Origin: the human T2T-CHM13v2.0 reference genome, Homo sapiens
Assembly (NCBI RefSeq): GCF_009914755.1
Contig: NC_060926.1
DNA: 64,000 nucleotides
Direction: 5' to 3' (one strand)
A model generated the notes under the pieces. That model saw only the letters and a list, made by a program, of their open reading frames with translations, was not told where the DNA came from and made no database searches. This document shows positions 12,481-26,343 of the stretch, piece after piece. Position 1 is the stretch's first letter, and each line of letters begins with the position of its first letter. The translations under genes were made by a program, and so were the position numbers.

Positions 12481-13601
12481 CACAGACAAAGGTAGAAGCA
12501 GAGATGTAAATTCAAGAAGCTCAGAGACATTATTCTGTGTCCTTTTTACTACTTTCCACAAGTAATGGTCTATATCTCCATGAGTTTTCCTTGTTTTTGG
12601 AGCCTGAATTGTGCTTTTAGAGACCCTCACTCTGAGGAGACTAACTTTAAGTTTTATTTATATTCATTAACAAGAACATAAAAGCACCCTACCGAGGACC
12701 TCTGAAAACTAAAGTTGAATGCAGTGCTCCACACCCTGCCCCTGCGTGCTTGGTTGCAGTAGTCACTTGTGGTCTAGTTTACTTAATAGCTAGAGAGGTT
12801 AGCACCCCGTTTGACAAGGATGGAAGAGTCCCTCAGGCCTGACAAATAAAATAAAAAAAATAGCTGTAAAACCAGTAAAGATTGTACTAAATGCTGTCTT
12901 GTGAAAAAAATAAAAATAAAAAAAGGATATAAAGAAAAGCCGGAGTATTCTAGCCAGCTGTCTAATTCTGGAAAATCATATAACCTCTCTGGGTCTTGTT
13001 TTCTGTGTCTATAAAAGGAGCTTGGAATTTTCTGTGATTCTAAGCAGCTGGGCATTAAGCTTATTGACGACCACACCTGTGGCACAAATGTGTTTTGGAA
13101 TAGTAGTAGGTGCTGAATTTGTCAGAAATTGTTTGAATGAGGAATGGATGGATAGGGCGAGTTCTGCCCTTCAAGCCAGAAAAAGTGTGTTGACTTTTTT
13201 CACTTGAAGGCACCTGATTAGTGTATCAGAGACTAAGCCTGCCCTTCTAGCTTTGCCATGGAATCAGTCTCACTCTGGGACATGGTTCAGATCATACCAT
13301 GGAAATAGTAAGGGAGCAGGACTACATTTTTGCCAAGGGGAACCCAGAGCAGTGTTATGCTTCCTTCACTGGGAGGTGGAAAATTCCATTGCAATGAGCA
13401 AGACCATCTCTCAATGCACAGGATCCACTTTGAGTCTATTTCCAGGTACCCGCCTTTGTTTGATCAAATTTGTTAAAGAGCCTCTTCCTTATGATTTGGC
13501 TTGCCAGCTAGATCCATCTACAGGGAGAGAAGAAGCTGGAGTATTTTTGTTCCTGTGACAGTTATACCTCACTGTAAATTTTTTAAAAGGAGAGTAGATT
13601 G

Positions 13602-14021
<420 letters not shown>

Positions 14022-16094
14022 TTAGAGAAATTTCATGGGGCATGGGAATACAAGTTGGAGGTTATTAATATGTCTGTGTTGCTGGTTTGTCCATACACAC
14101 TTGGTGCAAATATCAACAGTGGATTTGCTTTATAATTAAGGTGGCATTTTGCAATTCACCTGTAATAAAGAATGTGAGTAGTTTATTAAAGATTGGTTTG
14201 TATAGTGAATAGTATTTATTGCAAATAAATAAGAAGCACAGTGGCCTCACGCAGAATGAGTAATAATCTGTTTAAAAATGGAGCTAGCATGAAATTGCTG
14301 AAGACATACCTTGATCGAGCATTATAAAATCTCTTCTTTATGGAAATATCTCTGTATTTATAGATTGACGTACTTCTGTATACTTCTAGTTGGACTTGTA
14401 CTAATGATGGAAGAACTTGAACGTTTCAAAAGTTGAACAGTTTTACAGCGACTTCTGACAAGATACAAAGCATTTGGTAGTTAAGGGGGATATATACTTC
14501 TTAAAGGTCATTTTTAAACGTATTGAAACTATTAAATAAGTGTGTAGATTATATCTGTCTCTTAAACCCCAAACTAAAAATCTTCAGGAAGCATAAACAC
14601 AAATTCCCTCAATCGAAAAAAGGCTGCTTAGCAGACTAAGAAGAATATAATTAAAGAAGCCCATTTTAGGCATATATGCAATTATTTTAAGATATGTTTA
14701 TAATTTGCATTTAGTAGCAAGATCGGGTTATTAAGCGTACAACATACCAACCTTAGTAATCACGTTAACGAAATAAAATGTCTAGAAACTTTAGAAAGTT
14801 GATTAGTAATCTACATTTTGTACTAATTATGGAGGGGCACATTATAGCTTATAAATACACAAGATAAAAATCCCAAGTTTCTGAGTGCAAAAAAATAAAC
14901 TTTCATATATTTTGACAAGCATTGCCTGGTCTGAACTATTTATAATACTTTAGAGTGTACTAGCACTTTTTTGGTAATATAAAAAGTAATAGAATCTTAG
15001 TAATATGAAGTCCCACTAGAGATATTTGCTATTAAATTGTTGCTGAGTGTGCTGAGGTTTGGGGGAGAATTATCGAGTTTGCAGATTAGCAAAGCAAGTT
15101 CTGGCAATGTTTTAAAATTGAATCAGTGATGCTTTAAAATGGGATATATTTTAAGGATTCACAATAAGAATTTAAAAATAGATGAAAAGATGGGTTTGTT
15201 ATCGTCAAGCAGTGTATGTTAATTAGTGTCTATATGCAAACTAATTTTATGTTTGTCTCCAGGTTTAAGTGTATACAACAAGCAAAGGGTTAAGGGTGAG
15301 GCAGAGTTCAGGAAAGAATAATTAAAAATGAGAAGTGACATTAATTTTAAATAAGTGCTTTCCCATTTTCTGCTTTCTTTTTAATTTTTAAAAAATCTTT
15401 CCCTTTCAAGCATTAGCAGAGCTGCAAGCACAGGATGGCCCAATTTTGTGAAATTAGGCCTTTGCCCATGTTTCTAATTCAGAATTGGATGTACTTTAAA
15501 TGTCCCCCTGAGTGTAGCAGCTGAGAGTCCTCTTCTCTCCTGGGTACTGTAATCTTTGGTGGGGTCACTAAAAGGAGGGATATGCCACAGGTAACCTTCT
15601 ACCACTTGCTATGGGGAAGCTTTCTTTTGTGTTCTTTCAGATTTGAGTAAAGTTGCCAAACATGATAAAACTGCTTGATGATGGCAGAATTGTTAAGTCT
15701 ACTCTTAACCCTGTCCACCAGTTTACCAATGAAAAGGTCAGTGGCATGCAAAGAGAGGAATTCTTTATAGCTGCCAAACAACTGGTTTAATTCACCTGTG
15801 TTCCACCCTAGAAGTACTCGGAGATAGCTACTGGAAGGTCAAGAAATAAATCCTTGTAGTTGGGAAGTCATAATTTTCAACAATCATCTTCAATTTATTT
15901 TGAAGCAATTATTTAAACCTGAATTAGTTGTTAAGTCACATATAAGATAGGTAGTTAGCTTGTATGGTATAATTATTCAAAGGTAATTTGTAATTAATTA
16001 TGAAATACCTTTACTAGAAAAATAAGTCCTATATAAATTGAACTAATTTTTATGGTACTAGTAATATTACTATACCTATTAGAGGTGGAGCCTA

Positions 16095-16172
16095 TATTAA
16101 CTATTAACATTAATTAATGTTACACTAATAACATTAACATTAATAACAATTAATAACATTAATTGTTGTTAC
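16095..16172. repeat. AT-rich (TAACAT/TAAT)-like repeat with nested palindromes
   Basis: 18-bp palindrome taacattaattaatgtta at 16105-16122. 10-bp inverted repeat aacaattaat/attaattgtt at 16145-16167. Confidence 0.75.
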
Positions 16173-16249
16173 AGGATAATTTTAGATTTGCAAGGATCCT
16201 GAGAAGTTATCCAATTTAGCTTTTTACCTTCAGAGAGAATTAAGCTAAA

Positions 16250-16520
16250 GCTCCACCTGTTCCTTGAAAATGATTCCTTCTGCCCTAAACCTTGGAGAAG
16301 CTTTTCTTCCTTTGAATTCTGTGCTGTATCTGTGCTGGACATTTGGAATTTAGCATTGATTACTCTGTATTGCAATTTTATGTATGTGTCCTATCTCCTG
16401 AACCAAAGTGTCAGACCCTTTCAAATTAAAGACTGGAATTGAACATTTTGGCCCACTTCCCGCATATGCTAAGGCAGTGGTCTATGATGGAAGATGTTCA
16501 GTATGCACTGAGGAGATTGA
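16250..16520 (+). mobile_element. L2 fragment
   Basis: ctccacctgttccttgaaa...tgtatgtgtcctatctcc...gatgttcagtatgcactga resembles the L2 3' region. Confidence 0.45.
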
Positions 16521-16589
16521 TCTAAATTTATCTTGAAAATCATGTTAGTCCTTAACAATCTTCTCTTGGTATTTGATCAACAACTTGAA

Positions 16590-16750
16590 TTAGAAAGTAT
16601 CAGAGATGTTTGGGACATTAGATATACTCTAATCTAATCCCTGTTTTACAGATCACAAAACTGAGTAAGGGCCAGAGAGCAAAATCAATTGCCTAAGACA
16701 CATTGCTGGTTAGTCGACAAGAACCCTCTTTTTAGGATGCCATCTGATAT
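16590..16750 (-). mobile_element. MIR fragment
   Basis: tctaatccctgttttacagatcacaaaactgag...ttgcctaagacaca. Confidence 0.6.
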
Positions 16751-19700
16751 TAATACCAATGTGTATGCCCTACATTAGGGTCTAACTTCACAGGTAGACT
16801 CTTCTCTCCTTAGGTTTGTTCATTTGAATGAATGAATGGTTCCTTATAAATGTCTGAGGTGCCAGACCAGTGTTCTTTCTTTGTATATTCATAGATTAGC
16901 AGCAGCTTATAATGCTGCAGATATATTCTGCTACTAGCCAGTGGCCCTGGAACCTAATTTACAATATCCGGGTATTCTGTATTCCCTTGAACATGTGATT
17001 TTTTTTCCCTTTGAATTCTATGTTTTTTGGATTGCTCATGGTGGAAGGTTTGGGACATAAATCATCATCATTTGCTACTGATCCAATTTGGGAAAACTAG
17101 GTCAGTGAATTGTACATCTGTATTAGTTGCTGTGGAAGGACCATTTTAAGCATTCTCAGACATGTAGCTAAGCAAGTCTGGGGCTCTCTGACATTACATA
17201 ATTTCTCTGCTAAACCAAAGATCTCATTGAGTTTGCTGTTCAGCCATGTCTTATGTTGGATTAGGGGTATATTTGTTCAAAGCTCAGTTTCATCATTTGT
17301 CCAGCTTCACAGTATTTCCCCAGATAGGGAGGCTGCCTTCCAGGCTTGGCTGGTTTTTCCTATATTGCTGGGAAAGTTTTCAGTGAATGAATACAATGTA
17401 GAGTTTTCATTTGTCACCATGTTATCTCATTTCTAATTTTTGTTCAAGTTATTTTAAGGAAAAGCACCACCCAGTTTCTCTGACCAACTTTTAAAAAAAG
17501 ATGAAAAGATTTTCTCAGCATGAATAATAGCAACAAGCACATGATGGTCTAAGCTTTTGAACTCTCAGACAGCTGGAGTGCCCAGAATCAGAGTGATTTT
17601 CTTCAACCACTTTAGTGCACTGTGAATGTGTGATCGGAGTAGAGTGTGTGATCTTAAACAGTCCTGGTGTCGTGTGGGGAGTTTCCATTCCTTCACTAAA
17701 TAGACTTCCTGGTTTGAAATTAGCGTCTCATCATGACAAACAGGACCATGTACAGGGAGGTCAGCAGGGGCCTTTCCTGTCATTTGAAACGTGCCCTTGG
17801 TTTTGCTTCCCCTAACCCCAGTGCCTTGGAATGCTGTTTGAATCTGGGGATCAAGTGATTCTAAAGTCTCTCCAGGAAAGGAGAATTCAATGAAGCATTC
17901 AGCAGCAAAAACTTGGTTAAAAGTGCAGCCTGTGTCAGCATAGGAATGAATTAGAAACAGACTGTGAAAACCTCACCTGTGATCAGTATCACACCCAGAA
18001 AGTTGGAGACATCAGGAGGACATGTTCTATGTTTTCACTACCTTGTTGCAGGCAGTCATGAGAGTGATAGGAGGTCACTGTGACTTGTAGTTGTAGGTCC
18101 CATTTACTTTCAGGAGAGCAGGCTGAGAGGCTAAGTTCTGTGGTCCGTTGATTATCTTACCTTGGCTTTTCATAACCTGGCAGTTTCCAAAAATAGTTTG
18201 AGGACTAACAGAATTGCTAACTACCTCCCACCTCACTCCTGTAAAGACAGTGAACACAACCAGTCTCTTTTTTCCTTTGTTTCATACAAGAAGGGAAATT
18301 TTTATACTATAATATGAGAAGACTATAATCTAAAAATAAAATCTTTCTTAAGAAAATTTCCTCATTTTGCTCTGGACCTGTGAAAATGTTTGCACAGACC
18401 TGCCTTTGGGAAATCACTTCTCTAGGATGAGCAACATTACGAAATTCCCTCTGTATGGCCATAGCATAGCTTTGTTCCTAGCTCCGGCTAACTTTCTTTG
18501 TGGCTGATGCTTTTTAAAGAATTCTGGTTGAATGTCACTTAGTACTGGCTGGAACTTTGTTCAGTAGTTTTGGTAGATGCTGCTGGTATTATCATAATTC
18601 ATTCATTCACTTGCTTATTTAACAAACTGCCAGACCCAGGCTATGTACTGAAGAGATAAAACAAAATAAACTCACTATTCTCAAGGAGCTTGAAACTCCT
18701 TTTCAAGAATCTTATTTAAAAATTTTTAAAAGTCTCTCTTTGTGCCATGAGGGCTTGTATAGAACACAAGCAGAAGTTGTGAAATGAGTATTTATCTATA
18801 GATCCTAAATAAAGGTTTATTGGAGATTTCTCTCTCTACCTCTTTTTTTCTCTGTACTATTCAAAGAAACCTTGTTTCTGATAAGGTAAGGTAGAAGTTA
18901 ACTAGATAAAGTTCTGACAATGAAATTTAAATTACAGGTTCTAGTGTGATTTTGGCACATCAAAACCCAAAGAACATTTAGAATGTGCCCAGCCCATGGA
19001 ATCTATTCCTTTGATCTACTCAGCTCACCAAGATGATTGTTCAGCCCTCCCCCACTTTCTCTCAAAATATCTCAACCACTAACAACAGCAACAATAAATA
19101 AAAAGGAAAGGAGGAAAGAAGAAAAATCTCCTTAGGGGCATAAATTATTTTCATTTGCTTTCTGCAATGACAAAATTAAGAAAACACCAAATAGCTACAT
19201 TACTTTGCATTGGGTAAACCTCCAGCCTTCAATTGCTAGGTAACATTTCTTGCAGCTGCTGAGGCTAAGAAACTAGTTTTGCTTTGAATAGATTTGGTGT
19301 ATATTCAAAATCCTACTCGGTGAAATCCAGTTGTTTGTGAGCTTAAAATTGAAAGGCTTTGTATGCTTTTCTTTGAAATCAGGACCCATTTCAAAGGCAT
19401 ATTACTCACTGGATAAATTGCTGGTTCACAGTTCCAAACCAAAATCAAAGGGGTCTGCAGGCAACTTTGACACTGTCAAGTACCTGGAACTGTGCTGCTA
19501 TGTGATGAACATTAAGTAAATGTTTGCTTAATGAATGAATGCATGGACTCAATTAATGATCATATCAGCTTGCATTTGTATATTGCTTTATAATTTGTAA
19601 AGTGATTTCACATCTATATTCACTATAACAGTTTGAATAAAGAAGAAATTAACTTCACATGTTGGATTCTGCTTTAAAGCTTTAAAGCCACTGATAAGTC

Positions 19701-19869
19701 GTTGGCTTAACGTGAATATTAATTATTTAACTAATAAAGTAAAAATAAGCTAGGGATCAAAACAGTGGTTTAAAAGATTATGCTACTATTATTTTTATAC
19801 AATCTGGGGCAGAGTTGATCCTTAAACCAGAATTCCACCTCCAATGAATGTTTACTGTTGTGTGATTGT

Positions 19870-19872
<3 letters not shown>

Positions 19873-19905
<33 letters not shown>
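19873..19905. repeat. (TG)16 microsatellite
   Basis: Pure TG run. Confidence 0.98.
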
Positions 19906-19908
<3 letters not shown>

Positions 19909-20547
19909 CACAGGCATGTATACTGTAGCTTTTCTGTTTTCCCCAGAAATGTAACCAAAAAATCTAGAGAGAAACAATCAAATATTTATACCAGAGCTTT
20001 GGTGCAAGTAGCTAAGATACCAGCCACTGACCCAGCTGGACAGTAGCCTTTTATTTTTTCCTTATTTGGAGCCATGGCCTTGACCTGGCTGAATGTCAGT
20101 AAAAGTAGTGTTAGGCAATGCTCCCAAATAATTCATCTAAGGACCCCAAAGCTGGCCCTTCCATACAACTCTTCTTCTTTGCAAAGGCTATAGATCACAG
20201 AAAGGCTTCCTTGAGAAATGAGGGGCAAAACAAATCAAATCAAAACACAAAACAGATAGCACCTCTCTTTGGGTTCCTGGACACCCCAGCTCTCAATTTT
20301 GTTTCAAGAGCTCAGACATCAGTCCTGATCATAAATTGCTGTAAATTCTAAGATTTCTCATAGAAAACAGTAGTTTGGCTACCTTAGATAAGTATTACAT
20401 GAGGCTTGGTGAATGTTGAGTTAGTAGTAAATTACTGAATTCCTTGTTTTTCTTGTTGTTCTTGTTGTTGTTTATTTGTTTTCTTGGATAGCTTTATTTG
20501 TTAAATATACAGTAAAATGGTGTTATAATGAATTCACAGAGAGATTA

Positions 20548-20784
<237 letters not shown>

Positions 20785-21089
20785 GCCTAAGTTCTTGAGA
20801 AGATGTGTTCCTATTTGTGTTCATGTACCTTTTAATTCCTGCCTCAGATTCCCTGAGTTCACAATCCTGAAGTATCCCCAGGCCCAGGCCACAGTCAAGC
20901 TCCTCAGGATCTTATTGTCTCAAACTTAAATGCAAAGGAGACTAAAAATAAAAGATTGAAAGAGAACTAGAAGCCAGGCGGTAGTCAGCGAAAAAACATT
21001 TGGACTTCCTAGAGACCTTTGTTTATCAACATGCTCATGAAACTTGCAAAGAAAGTCATTTTAAAGCTCATATCAAGAGGGATTGTGAT

Positions 21090-21300
21090 TAGTAGGAGCA
21101 AAGTATAGAAGCAGGGGAGTTGGCATTCAGGTTCCTGTTCTGCTGCCTAATAACTGAGTACCATTAAACAAATCACTTAATCCCTTTGAGCCTCAGTTTC
21201 CTTTTATGGAAATAGGTATGCTCATACGACATCACAGGTTTTGTGAAGACAAGATGAAATAATTACAGGAAAAGTCTTTATAAAGTGATGTCAAAACAGG
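21090..21300 (+). mobile_element. MIR
   Basis: caaatcacttaatccctttgagcctcagtttcc...cacaggttttgtgaagac. Confidence 0.75.
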
Positions 21301-22005
21301 TGCTATTACCAGTGGTAATACTTTTATAACAGTATGTTTTTTATTATAAAAATAATTTTTATTGCAGCAAAATTTTACAGTTATGTGAGTTGTAATGTGC
21401 TGACCACACAACTGAGGGATTCTGCAGTATCTGCAGATCCTTAAATGTCTAAAGCATCTGCCTGATGTTGCTGGGATTTGCTGCCATGCCTGTTTAGAAA
21501 CTCTGTTTTGGAGCTCTGGGTCACTACAGACTGCCCATAGTGCTTACATTCCAGGGGCCACTTAAAGAGATTCCACCGAAAGATTTCTTAGAAGTAACCC
21601 TGCCAGCAAAATTCCAGATGCCTATAAAATCTGTGGCACAGCCTGTGTGCTGGAAAGAGACCACTGGGATGGAAATCAGGGGACAGAGCCTTAGTGTTAA
21701 TCCTCTGTTAACTCTTCATGGTCCTGGACCTCAGTTTTCTCATCTGCAAAATGACCAGTTTGAACTAGATATTCTTTGAGGTAGATTCCACGTGCAGCGT
21801 TTAAAAGTCTTTGCTCAGTCTGTTGTTTCAGTGGGCTCTTCAAGCACCAACAGGGGCCAATCAGGAAGGTAGGACCTGCCTGATGTCAACTCAGGGCACG
21901 TCCCACAATATTTCCAGGTGTCTTCAGGAATATGGAGCACCACTGTCACCCCGTGTCACCTGTAAGATGGGAGAAGGGAACCCAGTCAATAAAGATTATG
22001 AGGAG

Positions 22006-22323
22006 GGCCGGGCACGGAGGCTCACGCCTGTAATCCCAGCACTTTGGGAGGCCAAGGTGGGCAGATCACTGGGTCAGGAGTTTGAGACCAGCCTGGCCAA
22101 AATGGTGAAACCTCCATCTCTACTACAAATACAAAAATTAGCTGGGCATGGTGGTGGGCGCCTGTAATCCCAGCTACTTGGGAGGCTCGGGAAGGAGAAT
22201 TGCTTGAACCTGGGAGGTGGAGGTTGCAGTGAGCAGGAGTTGCAGTGAGCCGAGATCGTACCATTGCACTCCAGCATGGGCAACGAGCAAAACTCCATCT
22301 CAAAAAAAAAAAAAAAAAAAAAA
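22006..22323 (+). mobile_element. AluS SINE with short internal tandem duplication
   Basis: Complete dimer with A tail. gttgcagtgagc occurs twice at ~22223-22250. Degenerate TSD aaagattatgagga / agagatgttgagga. Confidence 0.95.
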
Positions 22324-24334
22324 GAGATGTTGAGGAAACTGTTGCCCAGTTTCAAATGTCTCCATTTTTCTCATTTCCCTGGGTGGATGGGAAGAAAACC
22401 ATAAATATGTCTAGGAAGCCAGAAATATGAATTGGTTACAGATTTTTTTCTCTAAGAGGATAATTAGATAGATTGAATGTAAAATATAGTACTAAATGGG
22501 TAAGGGTACCATAGAGAAGCATCTGTTGGGAAGGACCAGAATTGCTTTTGTGTCTAACGAGAACAGAAATATGTTTCAGGGCATTTGAATGTTGCTTCAG
22601 ACAATAGGTTTCAGCCTATATGAAGCCCTTGGAGTGTTCAGGAATGAAAAGTTCTTCAATGGAGTGCCTAAATGCTAACATACAGATTTAATGTTGGGGT
22701 TCTTCAACTCACAATCAGCACCAGTCTTGACACTGATTAAAGCAAACGTTTATAGGGGATTTGGACTTTGCCAGTATTTGCCCAGTCAGGGCAATTTATT
22801 GAACTTTTGGGTCAGCTTTTGTAATGACACAATAAGGAATAAAATCTTGTTCTCTTAAACTTGTCATCAAGAATATTTGCTCTCAGAATGTTGTGTGAAA
22901 TATTAAAATGTGATCCATTATTAAAATAAAATGGTTTTGCTTTCACTTTACTGTGAGAGAAGTATATATCAAGCTCTGAAAGACTTGAGTGCTAAAAAAC
23001 AAGGGGTGATTAAAAATGAATTCTTAAAAGCATAAGAAATCTAAAAAGTGGATTTCTTTAGAACGTAATGAAATATAGGTTGAAAAGGTAACTTGCCAAA
23101 ATGACACTGCTCTTATTACTGGAAGAGACTTCCTGGGTGAATCAGTAATATATGATTTTAAAAAAATTAAAGGGAGGCTGATGTACTGACGTTAAATTCC
23201 ACACAAATATTCTGGTTATTGAATAGTAATTTATTGTAGTTTTACTGGAAATTTTCTCCTCTTAGTTCTTAAAAGGTTTTCCAGGCTCAATTAGCACCTT
23301 TCCTCCTAATAATCAATATTGATTTTACTGTATTCATTTTAGATTTTAAAAATTTTGCCTAAAACTCAAATCTTAACTATTTTTACAGTAACATATTTCA
23401 TTAAAAAAAATCAGGCTTAGCGGGTAGGCCTGCATTGCCATCTGAAAAATGATACATTTTCATTTATTTGAGGTGGGATCTTAAATTCAGAGAAGTAGTT
23501 ACAGTTCTGGGTAATATGAGCTCTCTCTGGATTTAGAACTGTTGACAAGATGTTAATTGAGAATATGTGCATCATTTTCCAGTATCTTCTTAAAATTGAG
23601 TGGTTAATTTTAATAATATTGCAGCTTCTGTTTTTAACCTGCCTATGCATCTCTGTACTTCAGTATACTCAATGTTTCTAGGAGCTGATTATGTTGGTTT
23701 CACAGGGCACATTGCCTGACGGGGGACCATGGAGGTGGCCCCCAATGTGTTATGATATGTTCTCATGGGGAGAGTGAGCGACAGTCAGGGGTGATTCCTG
23801 TTCATTCAGTGTGCTGTGAAGTGAGCCGGAATTACCTGCTTTTCTACATTACTCACTTTTCCCCTCAAATGACAAGCTTTCTCCGACAACATGGGACCCA
23901 TTGCGTCTGGAAAACACACACTTCACCCAAACACTTCCATTAACTCCTGTAAATTGTTTTGTGTAAATGTTTCCTGTGGTTTTTCATGCAGCATTCAATT
24001 TCATCTTCTTTTGAAATTGAAAAGGTCAGTTTTGTGGTTGTTTTTAGCATTCACTAGTAGAAAATTAAAAAGATTTCTAAGGACTACCTTTTCCAGTCAC
24101 ACATTTTACCAACATTTGAGCTACTGCCTTGGGTTGGCCAGGAAATGTCTGCCGCCACATTAGCGATGTGATAATGGGCTTCACATATCACCTGGACATT
24201 AATAGAATGAAATCACTTACTGCTCCTGAAAGCAGCTTTGTTCTCAGCGGGTGTCCTGAAGGCACTGCATGAGCACAATGGACCTTCTATCACAGAGGTG
24301 AAAGTCAGAAATAACCTAAACCCATCTTTATCTC

Positions 24335-24336
<2 letters not shown>

Positions 24337-24375
<39 letters not shown>

Positions 24376-24384
24376 TGTGTGTGT
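24337..24384. repeat. (GT)n microsatellite, one interruption
   Basis: GT run with a single AT unit. Confidence 0.98.
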
Positions 24385-24997
24385 TTCATCTTTATTTAAT
24401 GAGTCCACTGATATTTGATGGAAATGACCAAAATTCAGCTAGTTGCATAAAGTATTTCTGGGTCTCCAATCTGCTCTGATCTGTGACATGCAAAACTTCT
24501 AATGACTGGGGACCCCTAACTCAGCTGCAATAGCCCATCAAAGGTGCAACTTTATTCTCTCATAACAGCTTTGTAATGTGATCAGCAGACATATCTGTTA
24601 ACTTTTCCCTGAGCTGTGCAGATGTGGCTATAAAAGAGGCACTATGCCGTTGTGTCTTTCCTACTTTCCTTCAGAATGAATTTGCTTTTTGATTATGGCA
24701 GAATGGCTGCCATATAAATTTTCTGTGTAAATTTTTCCTTATAAATTAAGTGCACATCCACTTAAAGCCCAATCAATGAAAATTGGGAACTACAAAATAA
24801 GAATGATTCAGAATTATTATTAGCTTTATAGAAATGCTCTTTGCTTTGCAAAGGTATTTGCCATAGAATTCTATAAATAAAAGGCATCTTTTGTGCATTT
24901 ATGTCATTCTTCAATTAATCAAAATTAGTATTTTTCTGATAGATACCTGTTACATAAAGTAAAACATGGACATTATTAAATAGTTAGCCTTGTGATT

Positions 24998-25002
24998 TGT
25001 GT

Positions 25003-25047
<45 letters not shown>
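24998..25047. repeat. (TG)n microsatellite
   Basis: TG run with one TA interruption. Confidence 0.98.
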
Positions 25048-25048
<1 letters not shown>

Positions 25049-25160
25049 TTTTAATGAGTGGAGAGTTTAATAGGCAAGAAAGATGGGAGAAGGCAGAAGA
25101 TAGAAGCTCCCCCGTTCAGAGACAGAGGGAGCGGGGCTCCAAAGTCAAGAGAGGGAACCT
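25048..25160 (-). mobile_element. Short ERV LTR R-region-like fragment (family not assigned)
   Basis: Minus strand gagccccgctccctctgtctctg...tttcttgcctATTAAActctccactcattaaaacc resembles the polyA-signal region of primate ERV LTRs. GC-rich against AT-rich flanks. Confidence 0.55.
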
Positions 25161-26312
25161 GGATTTTTTTTGGTTTTGGGAAAAAGTGTAAACTGGGAGT
25201 TGATTTGCCATATGATAGGTTTATTTAAAACTTGGACACACATTTTAACTGAAAAAAAAATCAGGCTTTGAATTATTTTTTACAAAAATAAAATGTGTGG
25301 TTTCTAAATTTTAGTTTTGAGTTTTTAACCTATTTCTCCTCTGAGGAATATGGGCTTGTGACTAGCATACGTTCTTCATATCACATTCAAAGTCAAATCT
25401 GGTTTTTCTAGCAATCACATGGATAGGCATAAACAGATAAATAGTCACCGCACTCCATTGACTGCCATGGCTCATTTTTCATCTTTTGAAATAAAAGCCC
25501 AAGAGAATTTTTGTCAGGCTAAATTGGAGATTAAAAAAAAGGTTCTGTTTTGAAGTAGATACTTTGAACATGGCAGATTTGTGAGAAATTTTCTTTTGCC
25601 TTTGATGCCTTTTAAGATCTAGAAGGCTCTACAAAATTAGAATTTTGGTTGCAGAAAGAGTGTTCATCTAATCCTAAATTAAAGAACTGCTTTTGAGCCA
25701 GGGCTGGAGTTGTTTTGGCTTTTGTAATTTCAGGTATATTATCAAGTTTAACACTAAATTTAAACATTATAAATTAGTTGACTTTTCCCTTAATTAGCCA
25801 CAGCTATGTTCCCATAGAAAAGCTGAAAATATGAAGTTACGTTTTCCTCTAAAGGAGTCTAATTACATTATTATCTGAAATAATACCTCCTTAACGATTC
25901 TTTGAACAGTACTCCCTATGTTTTCTTCCACTATGCAGACTTTTCATAAATAACAGTCTACATCAAGACAAACAGTACATTCAGCAAGCTGAAGAAAGCA
26001 AATGAACCAACCCTCTGTATTCATAACATGCTTCTGGACCCCTTTAATGTGGAATTCACAATAGATGTATACAGTGTTCATTGGGGTATTTTAATATTTT
26101 TTCATACAATGCTATCCATCAAAAATGCAAAGAAGGCAAATTACTCACAAGGAAGAAACTGAAGAAGCCCAGAAATACTGAGCTATGTAGGATGACATCA
26201 TGAGGCTAAAATATGCAGCAAATACTAACAATAATACTACTAGCTACTAATAAAGCAAATACAATCACCAGATCAGTGGTTGTATTAAAAATGGGCCTTC
26301 TCATTTAAGGCC

Positions 26313-26341
<29 letters not shown>
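26313..26341 (+). repeat. A29 homopolymer not attached to a recognisable SINE or LINE
   Basis: Pure A run. Confidence 0.95.

Positions 26342-26343
<2 letters not shown>

Noticed and set aside
19671-19688. 18-bp palindrome gctttaaagctttaaagc
   Set aside because: Explained by tandem duplication of a self-complementary 8-mer; little information.
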